Virus record (IMG/VR): IMGVR_UViG_3300020498_000003
Source: a virus
Lineage: Duplodnaviria; Heunggongvirae; Uroviricota; Caudoviricetes
DNA: 64,000 bases
Strand: one strand, 5' to 3'
How positions within the stretch are numbered: position 1 is the first letter of the stretch; each line of letters opens with the position of its first letter. Below the pieces are notes generated by a model. The model saw only the letters and a list, made by a program, of their open reading frames with translations, had not been told where the DNA came from and did no database searches. A program made the translations under genes and the position numbers. Shown one piece after another: positions 12,001 to 19,800 of this stretch.

Positions 12001-12890
12001 CATCCAGATCCAATAGATGGTGATGTGTAGTTAATAAACGCTACATACGGAACAATATTACTATTTTCCTTGAGGATTATAGTATCTTGATAGATAGAGA
12101 AATCTTGATAAGGAACTAATAGTTTTTTGTTCTGAATTGCAATTACAAGTATATCTGAAGTTGGAACTACTGGTGCTCCACTATTTCTTAATCTAAATTT
12201 ATTACTATCTAATTGTGTAGCAGACGCTACTATGATTTCAGTTGTCTCAAAACCTTTCAAGTATGTGATCGAAATCTCAGACGAATCATCTCCTTCACCT
12301 AAAGCATCGAATTCTCTAGGAGGAACGGTGAATATAATATTATCTTCTAAAATTTGATAATCTACATTAGGAACTTGTAAGTCTCCATATAGTTTAACAA
12401 TAAGGTGATTTGCACTTACTGGAAATACAGGTTCATTATTTGCAGTAAGATTGAATGATGTTCTTACCCCATTGAATTGTCTAAATGGGTTCGATAAGAT
12501 AATTTGCTTTCTCTGAAATTCGGAATATGAAATTGCAGGAGAAAATGTAATAGATGGAGATTTTCTAACTTCTCTGTAGTAGATTACCTCATCATCTATT
12601 AATATAGTACCATCGATATCCAAAAATCCATCTGTATTTTCTACCTGAATATTGGCAGTATCTAAGTTGACATCGAAAATAGTTTCAGTAGTACCATCAA
12701 GTTTTGTTAGATCATATGAATCGATGTTCATATAATCTGTTAGATTATTGATGATGTTTAATGGACCACCAATTTTTTCTTGTGATCTATAGTACCCTTC
12801 CATAAATGCCTGGAAGAGTGGATTAGATTCCTGAATAAATTCTGGAATCTGATTAGAAACTGAAAGTGAGACGGATTTATTGTCGTGCAT
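1..12890 (-). CDS. giant virion structural protein in the gp7 position (baseplate/fibre), N-terminus at ~12890, runs past window start (>=4296 aa, C-terminus missing)
   Basis: ATG at ~12890, 27 nt downstream of the gp6-like stop. By-hand translation of the minus frame is stop-free at every spot checked (starts at 12890, 11159, 119 down to 1). No competing minus ORF appears in the track. Contains dozens of tandem ~80-aa modules with the motif h-N/D-GG-SGY-(S/T)-x-PP-h-h. The plus-strand PPPP ORFs are its antisense. Confidence 0.7.
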   Translation of the reverse strand, partial: MHDNKSVSLSVSNQIPEFIQESNPLFQAFMEGYYRSQEKIGGPLNIINNLTDYMNIDSYDLTKLDGTTETIFDVNLDTANIQVENTDGFLDIDGTILIDDEVIYYREVRKSPSITFSPAISYSEFQRKQIILSNPFRQFNGVRTSFNLTANNEPVFPVSANHLIVKLYGDLQVPNVDYQILEDNIIFTVPPREFDALGEGDDSSEISITYLKGFETTEIIVASATQLDSNKFRLRNSGAPVVPTSDILVIAIQNKKLLVPYQDFSIYQDTIILKENSNIVPYVAFINYTSPSIGSGCVAYSVIDDNGELDSVIIKDGGQNYTIENTPKITLTKGNGENATAKALVNGVKVATLLQGGSGYSQTNPPLLSFQAPQRSDGTLPKGFATVNAEGSVESITITNSGSGYDFVPRIQFINPYGAEVGDVTVNPNNGQITFVDVISSGVGYNTPPQIYIDSPSEPNSIQAVLQGVLNASGELVSVSILNPGTGYSSTNLPRVKVVQPTGAQVLDVQVDSFGRVISIELLSGGSGYSNIPSVYIVDDRKDNLGNPIGGSGAKAVATIFNGQITDISIVEFGTGYSSSQPPKVYISEPDSAKASATIGKGEITGVEVINNGRNYNKSEFVGCSRGVSGIIGYTEDNQAIFASEKNSIVATHISGSLVKSLDSVFFAKVIDRLVDQYLPGFPKISLSGVNISNVLRTAKDFYASKGTQFALKYLFNVLYGVSIDISYPKDQIIKPSASVWSVDTIMRAKLVSGDPRNLTNGLLEQLEDEIDPSVKFAQALIENYIAIQTPDYDVYELVLAEETIIGSFTIPYKTKLSEKLLLDDVIVTVDSTIGWPERNGEVIVGSEIIRYKEKSLTQFIECTRQLSGIRQEWDSGTICSSNFYVYVNKGTTQEVVLSVLGIVEANKTILLDDGKYYLEGDKLNISKLGSTEENKLLDSWLYNVKKLLQVQQISFGGQNNQTATVVCQNQHGLLIGDQVTVYGANPIVYNGSFLVTSIPTRTSFTYQLPQPANLNPQGNILVSIDLNKGKSDSTSINNTINKFATNIQNSFFNENYVYVAASGIPNYKIGPFLGTALLPGNQRKLNRFPKVPTTISLKQESTPGPVGTFVNGVSVWNYKSTQKFPYGPITSINIVDGGKDYDAVVPPNMTIRGNGDPAYARVIVNGSVVEIEVLSGGSGYVSSPLVSISGGGGDGATATAIITNGTVSRILVNTPGNGFTSRPTVNIVGGGGIGATANAIVRGPINRVIIEDPGNNFSIPPTITLSSGSGAAAEAYVNNGRLASVAVIASGSGYTTAPKVIITGEGFGAVAKATISIEGADAGKVTGITIVNRGVGYRQGTTQIRLESIGEGAEFNAEIFEWTFNLNRTTNFDYANGSIFEGYNKQFGGEYGHISNPTQLRFVLGDNLRVVNGQIAEKDSGLVHSPIIGWAFDGNPIYGPYGLTDPTNINSGISQVRSGYRLKTNLVYDEILNINPVRIDGPSLLNFSAGTFIDDYEYVFRSESIFLDQYNGRFTKTPEFPDGVYAYFVTINSDGTPAFPYIVGPSFYSQPDNWNLNQFAIQSNIPTGIVRYRDPFENVDIDVERQSNEITNILTLESGDFLSFEIEDLNKDGVLSEQELETFSLLLEESKLEIFDYFPTIDIASKVDIEVETTTKFEDAKISEFLIENSGVNYQVGDTLVFDNTGTDGYGASAAISKILGEEITNYNYRYNEQLDSFEGVITTEVQHNLEVGDKIEVITQPQMEPVSKTIKMVTIPGLEKVEVARTGIGYSSDIPIAIDIESDNGKDAEIIPSITSTGVLNDIKIINSGNSFDDTPRIRISHPQIQTRSNYYTITLTSGQEITVLNSSVLDTKESYIVGSIKTTNGDTHGFVAKFNSEGFLIWQRTLSSVQPTQETKNCVFNGIAKDGNSIYIIGTTRPNPILSNSFNPDIIVVKLTENSSGTSSTINWQRQYGGISGASRGDYATDITIYNGNILICGYTSTNTNHTNDAIVMYIASNGDTLTRRKITSPSTEDKFFQVKVNSKNEIYLLGKSSTSIYISKANIIANKIVVDWAKTYGALDSDFEDLTLIVDEYDELYITATQRTISSNTKNKVSVLRLLSDGEIKWANSYTISQAQTLQTAKTSIDVFGEINIACSITDANNAKYVIISKINYLGNVIKSNKIETTDYSYGYDVVSCVSDVSGDPTITGRYYPNRTQFLFDGSDYVDRLGRVSNIVTSGTVSIGTTSKYGTYAYNMSQSAKMSITTSIASSSWTLEKWIKWDTAATAKVPLLIRCTNGTNGVRVVIFADTSSPSTYGKVRLSNDAASISQLTAASTYITDLTSGWVHVALKKEFSSGITTYKLIWNGTQIATISESVDMNPTTIEFGSTTSYSSWPMRVDEIRYSNYSITYSGPSSVPSAALTPYDHGTAKSYSIKLDKNSDSVRLGDIQFTNANLEISRTLYTLNNIALETNISNYILANEGFQVLDFTDVLSFLDQNTQTIVSTLDTWSTRTATIPSPGGRKPILSAKSYDKFFFRTFATSKVDNVRRLTLNQEFNFTKGTTLTQKNSSNVSIATAKIIDVIPQDNQILISSVNGTFVNSSGSLETSDNAVNEIPKYIFANEDATTPGTFVFDIPVGLSAIFKDYSDDDYQVRVDEVISGSSYSRGSVYILGSSFFSFSSDKKQLTISGLTAVTQITLTTNLKKVLQINTSANTDQLFVRSATSHYLNIGDIISLQSSPEYSNTDGTYYVSSVLNKKEFIFSIKTSPSSVIGSGTSFSVYVKHPIIRLIYGQQYTFDTSDPSNLGHFLSFYRDNLNKIEYTFKNIVRKGTPGIDEPGNSPFISFKVTDDVSNISYYADPARIGSESPVGDNSYIDVLPSPYIGTFEVKELGGATITTGANQLIFPIKFEPEKAAVAALSSYTTTSKKAVGSIGSIRLINGGGFYKKLPIITDIESSRKIERVEIIDPGTEYEAGEYFGVPISGDGAGGKVRITVDGSTDPAGQIVEVIVTDPGKGYTTAFIDIDAIPGILGPQLTGSGAELRVVIPPRGTGASIFVKGSSVGKIKRLKNNNFGFDYTHDYTLRPEITFPVNLQLTSTSVLSSIKVIDPGTGYTSPPEVVITGGGGTGAIAEAILRNGRINAIVIKNPGSGYTTEPTVELKSSFTYVVNIDLQLFQFAFPHGIPNGAEVKFDIRDLGEGADFPLTSFGFINPNQTYYAISGTTSGLEDDQLRIALTPVDAETGNFISFVNNGTGRQIILTDSFGGKAESVLETARFLSGETVFQGLNIDNATAIGIVSNNDGWQIGPRLLKLVDYSGDFEIGQNVTGSISKASGTIGDISIARGILEVDSITKTTGKFLDDVGKPSEIVQRVQDSYLYQAFSYNIKSPISIEEWKNIVIDNVHPAGFKIFGEIGVTGENKGLTNKTDFELVKSVNLIESSVVSHIDNFALAEPIYSEFDNTQVLFRNKRLTSSEEILTSVVQKLDDISTLFDGERRIFPLTIDGNIVVAQTSQFMITINGVVQAPGSSFNVQQGNIIFSEPPPAPTKISYAEVELQFEETKLITINNISGIIPELGNTIRGLVSNATATVVSSTSTTLTVFNIQGTFLNTETVISPATGLNANIVSVESIINSNIYRFQEKLTNLSKQTAVVEEINLEPQSNVITNKIVISKTSGTYDSPSGLLNIDIDDFIISAQTGIVAKVISLAPYTDPNVYIVINSDYSFVGDFQIGEEVVGSTSSAVGEVVFWNPQIKRLILSSISGTFVANEIIIGQTSTANHKILTSIKIDPVSSVSISDPSRFYGLLFNRIVNPSNPNTIVDDISRSVAEVVDIDDSDIKVESTFVDFEEIQNTLLNYTNPTAELLQGEFVQNIKVEYRNETDDFSEDESIEVRKLTYYDLSGGNFQIGNTILGSISGVSADIIGVNYALKTIYVGDKTGNFIVGENISYNSITAKVSTYFAIPFVVKQIDTSDKIITTDQIYSDAQHRFRDAANLLRLNSAYIIDEAAGRLKNRYPDLVIPGDSASSTEGTNRCKLDLSLLLQAVISDIENGGNYESITAARFYLDSNGGLRFIERQVLQSVYTHTQMNELCQQAVIGQLSETPEYTERFPIPPVDITIDLGDCADVRAQIDTLWNSINDTIAPTGNVYRDAGDLIWFNRNFIADETIAHIDSQFTYTLNGVQYKAFNYPGGSSATCKRDLVQYILPSIISDLVSGGDVNTINAMKFYVGSDDNIEYIKNELLPTVVAMEKANELCQYAVNNWIVTGTTEYASLYGITTSKYKDLTIILDDGTYGGGCADIKSAIDVLFQKA

Positions 12891-12915
12891 TGTCTATATT
12901 TACCTAATATATGTA

Positions 12916-15168
12916 TTAGATGAAGCAGGATCCTGGTCCAGATGGAGTACCAGAAGAGGGTGCTAATAGCGAAGGGGCAAACGATAATAATTTAATCGAT
13001 GGGAAACCAATACTTGTTGGTGATCCAGTGATACCTCCAGTTGGGAATGTTGATACTACTGGAGATCCAGCAGGGACCACTCCAATTGTTGGTGTGATGA
13101 ATGACATAACAGCGCCAGGAACGATTGCAGAAGGGGTGATTGATGGAGAGAATGGTGCGACACCTACAGTAATGCTAGTGGGCACTGCAGTCGATCCTGA
13201 TGTGATCTGTGTTGATGTGCCAAATCCAGTTATTGAAGTCGTAGTTCCACCTATTCCAGTAGTTCCAGTAGTTCCTGTGGTAGATGTTCCACCTGCAGAT
13301 CCTCCAGTACCAATGCCTGTTGGAGTTGTATCTCCAGCAACTCCAGTAGTTCCAATAGTGGTTGCAGCAGTTCCTATTGCTGTTGCTGGTTGGAAATCTG
13401 TGGATAGAGATACCTGAGAGAGTTGCTGCAGTAAAGTATCTTCTAAATCGGTTTGACCCTCAAGGTTAACTGGTCCAAAAATAATCTCACCAGTTGCACA
13501 ACTATATGTACCTACATTTCTATCAAGAATGACTTTTTTGTTGTTTGCTAAGGTATATGATCTTAGATTTCCAAAACCATCATCCTCAAAATACTGAGGT
13601 ACTCCAGGTCTATCTACAGTATAGTAAACACTACTCTGTATAGTCTTTCCTGGAGTAGTACTGCAACTACAGTTTAATTGAGTGCCAAACTCAACTCTAA
13701 AAGATTTTGGTCCAGTTGCTAATGGATATTCTTCAATTCTATAAAGAGCAATTGAAGAAATAACATCTTCAATATTTTTGTCTGCTTGAAGAATATCTGT
13801 ATGTAATTTACTCACAGAGAATGTTTTATTGAAGTTAGAAAGATCTTCATTATCTCCATATTCTTGCAATGCTTGAAGTGCTTTATTCTTTAACTTATCA
13901 GAGGTGCTTTCTGAAAGTGTACCATCACCAAAGTTAGTAACAAAGTTCTTAGTCACAACAAGCATATTGAGATCTACATATATTTCTTTTGGATCTTCAA
14001 TGACAACATCTACAGATGCCATAGCATATGGTCTGAGATTTCTTATAATTTCTTGCTTAGTTAAGTTATTGACCTTTGTTCCTGTTTTGGTTCTAATTGA
14101 TAGAAAGACTTTACCATACACTGGTGGAGTTACCGATTCTCCTCCATATGCATTGACATATCTAGCATTTGGATAAATTACTTTTGTTAGACTTTCGTAG
14201 TCTTTTGCTGTAACTGCTCTATTTTGTGCAGCATAATATTTTGGAGCATTATATTTAATAGATTTTACAGACTCTTGCAAATCACCAATTTGAGACTTTG
14301 CACGGACAGTTAGAGTTATATCATCGACAATTCTATTTTCTGCATCTACTATCTGTCCAGTAAATGAAAACTGTTGTATATTATTCGCTTCAATTCCGTT
14401 AGTTACGACATACTCTAGTACGACTACTTGACCGTCTTCAAGTTTCTTTCCAATTATTCCATCACCGAAAGAAACTCTATATCTTCTATCTTCATCTTCA
14501 CTCAAGAAGAATGATCTCGTAGTAGCATCGATTGATGTGATGTTTTGTACTAGATTGTACTTATCCGATTCTGTGGATTGGATATTTGGTCTTACTGATA
14601 CCTTTAATAGTTCTGTATCTACTTTTTCATTAGGAATGATATATCTTTGATCAATAGTAGTATCAACAACATATTCATACTTGAGCAAATTACCTTCGTA
14701 AACTGTAATGTCGGTAAAAGTTGCTATTCCAGTTGTTGAATCTACTCTAACTGTTTTGTCTTCAGTAATCACAAAAGAGTAAGACTTACCAGCAGAAATT
14801 CCACTACAAATATTTCCCTTTTTTAAGGTAACTAGTAGTGGATATGCATTATTCTGTGCAATTTGTGTTTGTACTTCTACTGCAATACATGCCTTAGATG
14901 CTTTTGCGGATCTAGGTGTATAGTTTAGTAACTTTGCTAGACTAGTTACATTATCTCTTATCGTGGCACTATCTAAGAATAACTCATTTAATGCCATATT
15001 AGCATTAAATGCAGAGTAATATGTATTGTACGCTAGTACATCAAGGAGATATGATAAAGTAGAACCAGTGAAATCATAGTCCGAGAACTCAGGACGAGTT
15101 CTCATATAAGACTTTATAGATTCCCTAATCTCATCAAAATCAATATTAGTTAAATTTGTTGGTTTCAT
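12916..15168 (-). CDS. baseplate wedge protein, gp6/Baseplate_J-like, with a ~170-aa G/T/S/P-rich C-terminal low-complexity tail
   Basis: 750-aa ORF directly coupled (ATGA overlap) to the gp25-like ORF. Position and size fit T4-like gp6. The C-terminal third is low complexity and ends in CFI. Confidence 0.65.
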   Translation of the reverse strand: MKPTNLTNIDFDEIRESIKSYMRTRPEFSDYDFTGSTLSYLLDVLAYNTYYSAFNANMALNELFLDSATIRDNVTSLAKLLNYTPRSAKASKACIAVEVQTQIAQNNAYPLLVTLKKGNICSGISAGKSYSFVITEDKTVRVDSTTGIATFTDITVYEGNLLKYEYVVDTTIDQRYIIPNEKVDTELLKVSVRPNIQSTESDKYNLVQNITSIDATTRSFFLSEDEDRRYRVSFGDGIIGKKLEDGQVVVLEYVVTNGIEANNIQQFSFTGQIVDAENRIVDDITLTVRAKSQIGDLQESVKSIKYNAPKYYAAQNRAVTAKDYESLTKVIYPNARYVNAYGGESVTPPVYGKVFLSIRTKTGTKVNNLTKQEIIRNLRPYAMASVDVVIEDPKEIYVDLNMLVVTKNFVTNFGDGTLSESTSDKLKNKALQALQEYGDNEDLSNFNKTFSVSKLHTDILQADKNIEDVISSIALYRIEEYPLATGPKSFRVEFGTQLNCSCSTTPGKTIQSSVYYTVDRPGVPQYFEDDGFGNLRSYTLANNKKVILDRNVGTYSCATGEIIFGPVNLEGQTDLEDTLLQQLSQVSLSTDFQPATAIGTAATTIGTTGVAGDTTPTGIGTGGSAGGTSTTGTTGTTGIGGTTTSITGFGTSTQITSGSTAVPTSITVGVAPFSPSITPSAIVPGAVMSFITPTIGVVPAGSPVVSTFPTGGITGSPTSIGFPSIKLLSFAPSLLAPSSGTPSGPGSCFI

Positions 15169-15581
15169 TAATCTCCTGGTCTCTGTAGGATGAATGTGCT
15201 ATTGATAGTAATAGTGTCACCAACAATTCTATATTCGATATCTACTCTAACTTCAGAGGAATCTGAGTCTTCAGCACTTACAATACAATCTATTATCTCT
15301 ACCCTAGGCTCATAATTTCTGATAGTATTTATTATAGTTTCTTGGAGTTGAGCAGCAGAAAATCCATCTAGTGGCTCAAATAGTATTTCATATACTCTAG
15401 ATCCAACTTCAGGATCCATTAATTTTTCTCCAAATCGTGTTTGGAGTAAATTTTGCACAGATTGACTTACTGCCTGCTCATTTTTTTGCACCAGAAGATC
15501 CTTTGTTATTGGATTTTTCTTAAAACCAATATTCAGATCCTTAAATTCTCGAAGAAATCTCTGAAATCTATCTTCTGACAT
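15168..15581 (-). CDS. baseplate wedge protein gp25 (GPW/gp25 lysozyme-like family)
   Basis: 137 aa. Contains RNYEPRV, matching the T4 gp25 RNYEPRI motif, and FGE...P..G GPW-type motifs. A TATAAATA late-promoter octamer lies ~27 nt upstream. Confidence 0.85.
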   Translation of the reverse strand: MSEDRFQRFLREFKDLNIGFKKNPITKDLLVQKNEQAVSQSVQNLLQTRFGEKLMDPEVGSRVYEILFEPLDGFSAAQLQETIINTIRNYEPRVEIIDCIVSAEDSDSSEVRVDIEYRIVGDTITINSTFILQRPGD

Positions 15582-15603
15582 TATAAACTCTTTTCTACAA
15601 GAG

Positions 15604-15611
15604 TATTTATA
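15604..15611 (-). promoter_or_regulatory. T4-type late promoter TATAAATA upstream of the gp25-like gene
   Basis: Minus-strand TATAAATA ~27 nt upstream of the ATG at 15581, followed by a GGAG-like RBS. Confidence 0.5.
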
Positions 15612-15614
15612 CGC

Positions 15615-15800
15615 TTAATGCCACCTTTCGACATAATCATCGAACCCATTTTTGCCTCCACATGGTCTTGAATACCTATCTGATGGAGGGTTATTTGGTT
15701 TTTTAGTCTCTATCGATCCATAATCAGTGATCAATTTTGTGGTTCCCCACATTTTTTTCATGTAACTAACATCTCTATCTGGATTTGGGTTAATTGCCAT
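15615..15800 (-). CDS. hypothetical small protein (61 aa)
   Basis: Minus-strand ORF in the structural module. No recognisable motif. Confidence 0.4.
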   Translation of the reverse strand: MAINPNPDRDVSYMKKMWGTTKLITDYGSIETKKPNNPPSDRYSRPCGGKNGFDDYVERWH

Positions 15801-15868
15801 CTGTTTTTCTCCGTAAAATGGTTAAAACAGAACTTTTTACGGGGTTGCTATCCCGAGTTTTGACAATC

Positions 15869-16084
15869 CTAGTCGAATTTTGGGTTAATATTTCTTCCTA
15901 GAGTGTAATTTTTATCAATTCTTATGTCTGAATTCCTAAAAGTCCAACATTCTCCATTACTATCTAGGAACACGACCCACTCAAGGTCGTGTTCTTGTGA
16001 TCTATCAATCATAAAAAAAGCCCAGCCTTTACCTTTTGGGGTAAAAACTGGGATAGTTGGGTTAAGTTGCAACATATTTTGCAT
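15869..16084 (-). CDS. hypothetical small protein (71 aa)
   Basis: Minus-strand ORF between the PAAR and gp25 genes. A GGAG RBS lies upstream. Confidence 0.45.
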   Translation of the reverse strand: MQNMLQLNPTIPVFTPKGKGWAFFMIDRSQEHDLEWVVFLDSNGECWTFRNSDIRIDKNYTLGRNINPKFD

Positions 16085-16092
16085 TTTTGAGA

Positions 16093-16236
16093 TTATTTCC
16101 CTTGTCCGCGATACTTTTTGCGGGCAGGATTACGACTTGATGCTGCATATTTGGTCCCAGCACCAGCACCCTGGCGAGATTTTTTAGGAGGACCAGGAAT
16201 ATAACCATTTTTATTGAAAGATCCAGGTTTGGCCAT
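16093..16236 (-). CDS. small highly basic Gly/Lys-rich protein (47 aa, MAKPGSFNKNGYIPGPPKKSRQG...)
   Basis: ATG with a GAGGTGA RBS. Not in the ORF track (<60 aa). The overlapping plus ORF 15924..16187 is on the wrong strand for this module. Confidence 0.35.
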   Translation of the reverse strand: MAKPGSFNKNGYIPGPPKKSRQGAGAGTKYAASSRNPARKKYRGQGK

Positions 16237-16278
16237 GTGTCACCTCGTTAGAACTTCCCTATTGTAGCACAGATTCGC

Positions 16279-16791
16279 CTATTTGCCAACTATGACATTG
16301 GTGGATCCTCTACCAATAACACTCAAGCAAGGTGGTCCTAGAGGGTCTCCTACTGCTGCTAGACGCTTTCCATTGACAAACACTGTAGTTGTAGTTGCCT
16401 TTACAATTCTATCATGCCCTCTACCGAATAAATCTTCGGTTGTCAACCTACTACAATTACAATTGAATGTTTTTGGTTTACATTTAGATCCTATTGGAAC
16501 AATGACAATATTAGTAGTTGGAGATTTGTGATATTTTAACATATCTCCATCACATAATGGTGTAATTCCATTAATGAATACTGTTCTTGCCAATACCGTT
16601 GGATCTAATGGAGTTAGTTTTGTTGGCGGCCAAAGGCAACTAGCATTCTTTACACTAACTGGTTTTGTTGGTGTTGGTCCAGGAGGACATGCTGGTAAAG
16701 CATTACATGGATTCACATTATGAATATTTGCTGGAATGGCAACACCATGACCAGTACATGTTCCAGTTATAATAGCAGCTAATCCAGGCAT
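16279..16791 (-). CDS. PAAR-repeat baseplate spike-tip protein (gp5.4-like) with a Pro/Cys-rich insertion
   Basis: Motifs VFINGITPLCDGD, VFVNGKRLAAVGDPL and GSTNVIVG are typical of PAAR domains. 170 aa, so larger than minimal PAAR proteins. Confidence 0.75.
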   Translation of the reverse strand: MPGLAAIITGTCTGHGVAIPANIHNVNPCNALPACPPGPTPTKPVSVKNASCLWPPTKLTPLDPTVLARTVFINGITPLCDGDMLKYHKSPTTNIVIVPIGSKCKPKTFNCNCSRLTTEDLFGRGHDRIVKATTTTVFVNGKRLAAVGDPLGPPCLSVIGRGSTNVIVGK

Positions 16792-16803
16792 TTTTATTTT
16801 TAT

Positions 16804-19800
16804 TTATACATTAGTTATTGATGTATCTGATAATTGATCTGGAACTTCATTGTCTTCATCGATCGAAACATTAGATTCATTAAACTTAATGTCCTCTCCA
16901 AGATCTCCATAATTCCTATTACAGAAATAGTCATATGGATTACCATACTTATTTACTGCATCAACAAATGTTTTTGTCTCTTGTGTTAAATCATGAAGTA
17001 TCTGAAGATTTCCACTAATTTCCCAACTACGAATATTCTCTACAATCACATCGTCATTAGCACCATATATGGTTCTTCCCCATAAGTATGACTTTGTGTA
17101 TGGTGTATAACCTAGGAATGAACCAAAGATAGATGATAGTGGATAATACACATCACAAAATGCATCTGCTATATTAGCACCAGGATCTTTTGATTGTATT
17201 TGAGTCAATCTAGCAGCATAGGTTGGATTGTCTAGTAGACACTTTGTACATTTTCCTATGTCTGGATTAGTAGGATTTGGATTAATTCTCACACCTAGTC
17301 TAACATTAATCCATGTAAACTCCCTTGGATCAGGACAGAAGTTTTGGATTAGATATTTAATTTTATTAGTTGAACAAGGTAATTTATAAAATCCTCCTTT
17401 AACTGTTCGTATTGTAGTTGCATCTAAGTCAAATTTTCTCTCCTGTGGAGTCTTAGGATATGGTATTTTATCAATTGCAGTTCTATATTCAGAATTAATT
17501 TGATTTAATATATTTTGGTCAAATCCTCTATTCAATGAAGTTCTAGATTTATTAGCAACTTCTTGTGGACTCTCCCTACTAATTACGGAATTTGCCAGGA
17601 TGTCTGTTTGTGCTATTATATTTGCAGAATTGTCAAATGTGATATTATTAGAGGTATCATCATCTTGTGGTAAATTCCTTTCTACAGGAGTTGCCAAAAA
17701 TTCTCTAAATTGAGTTGAGTAATGATCAAGATACCCATCTTTACCTAACTGCGATGTTGATGCTTTTGCAGATGCAGTTCTTTCCAATCTATCTAAATCT
17801 GAAATTTTTGTTAAAATATCAGATGAAGTTCCAACTGGCAAATTAGTAGGAACAGAAGTTGTATCTAGATTTACTGATACGCTAGTATTTGCTAGTTTTC
17901 TTTGATCTTCTGTCAATACGCTATTGATGTCGGTACTTACATTCAGCTGACCAACATTATTTGTTGTTGCAGTTTTTCTTAGTAGTGTTGCAGCATCAGT
18001 CTTTGCATTTTTTTGTTCTTCATCATATTGAATCTGTACATCTTGTGTAAATTTATATTCTTTTCTATTTGTAGTATTGAATTGATCAGACCACTTTGGA
18101 TCCATGAAATTTTCTGGATACTCGTATCTGATTTTCTGTCTAGACAATTCCATATCAATAATATCTGGAATTGTTTCTGATATTACAACTTCATCATAAT
18201 TAATTTGCTGATCACTATTATATTGATTAAGATTGAAATTCTTAAATGCTGGTGATTTTGATAATAGTATTTGATTGTCTGGTTCACTCTTTACTGTAGT
18301 TGATGCTTCTTGTGCAATAATTTTTTTCTTTCTTACAATATAAGGAACAGAAATTTTTGGTGGGTTTTCTACAGAGTATCCACTACCACCATCTTTAACA
18401 ATAACATTGATTAATCTTCCATTTGATATTACTGGTTGAACTTCTGCTCTTCTTCCAGAACCAGTACATCTCTTTATAGCATCAACAACATCAGCACCTT
18501 GCAAAATCAATTGGTTGTATAATGTATGATTAAATTCAGTTGGGGGAGGATCAACTACTAATCTTACTTGTTCTATATTTCTATTTGATAGACCATACCC
18601 TTTCTTTAGGATCTGAGCACCAACAATTCTTCCATTATTGACTATACCCATCACTTGAGGTTTTATTAAGTCTGGCTCAAATGGAACACCCTCAGATGTA
18701 AATGCAGTACCGTATTGTATTTCTTTTTTTGTAAACTCATACTTACCAAAAAGAGCTGCCCTATCCTTGATACCAAACCCAGCAATGACTTTAATCTGTT
18801 GACCACCACTTGTGGTGTACATGGTATCTTTAACAAAGTCATTAGAACCTTGACTAATCTTTGCGTATCTAACATTAAACTCATCGTCTAATGTGCTAAT
18901 TCTATCGATTGTCCATCCATGTACAGTATCTCCAGGTTCAAGAGATGTGTTTTGTAGATCTACTACAACTTGTCTATCTGTGGTTTCTGCTATCATCAGA
19001 GAGATACCAATCCTTTCACTCTTTGGTGCATCTTCTGATGGGTAGTACAAATAGAATACTTCCTGATCTCCCCACAAACTTTGATCCTCATCATAACGAG
19101 AAGTATCGGTACTTCCATAACCAGAACCAAAACTTAAAATTTTGTGAATTCTCCATGCAGTGTTGTAGGATTCTGTATCTGCATTCCAAATAGATTGTAT
19201 CTTCATTCTTAATTTTAATCCACCTGGAAAACTGTAATCCTGATAGACAATTGCATCTCTAACTTTCCATACAGCATCCCCTTGTGGAGACAGATAAGTT
19301 ATACCTTCTGCTCCATCCCAAGCAGATTTATATGGAGTATCGTTTAATGACTTACCTCTATAGACATCACCAACATTAATTCCAGTCTGAGCATCTCTTG
19401 TTGACCATACAATTTGTGAATTCTTTGTTAATGTTATTGCCCACCCTGCTGGATTAGCTTCCCAAGATCCTCCAGGATTATTTGCCACATCAACAAAAAT
19501 ATCCACTGATTGGTTTTGAGTAATAGTAAATGTACTAGTATACTTAGTACTACCAGTAGTTAATCCACCAGTATGTGTATTTGTATTATGAATCAATACC
19601 CCAGTACTAGTATTATAAACTTTTACACTTCCCGAATCATCAACACCAAACTCAATTGTGTATGTGCCACTTGTAAGAGAAATTGAACTATGAATGATTT
19701 CTAGTGGTCTTCCTGATAAGTTGTTTTGTGTATCATTACACCACACAGCATATTGATTGCCCCAAGTAGTCCACCCACTAGGACGAGACACTGCATAGAC

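Noticed and set aside
12920-13417. 165-aa plus-strand Pro/Val/Gly-rich ORF
   Set aside because: It is antisense to the Gly/Thr-rich tail of the gp6-like gene.
16801-16808. TATAAATA directly upstream of the PAAR gene
   Set aside because: The octamer overlaps the TAA stop of the 1568-aa ORF and sits only ~9 nt from the PAAR ATG. It is probably stop codon plus AT-rich context rather than a functional late promoter.
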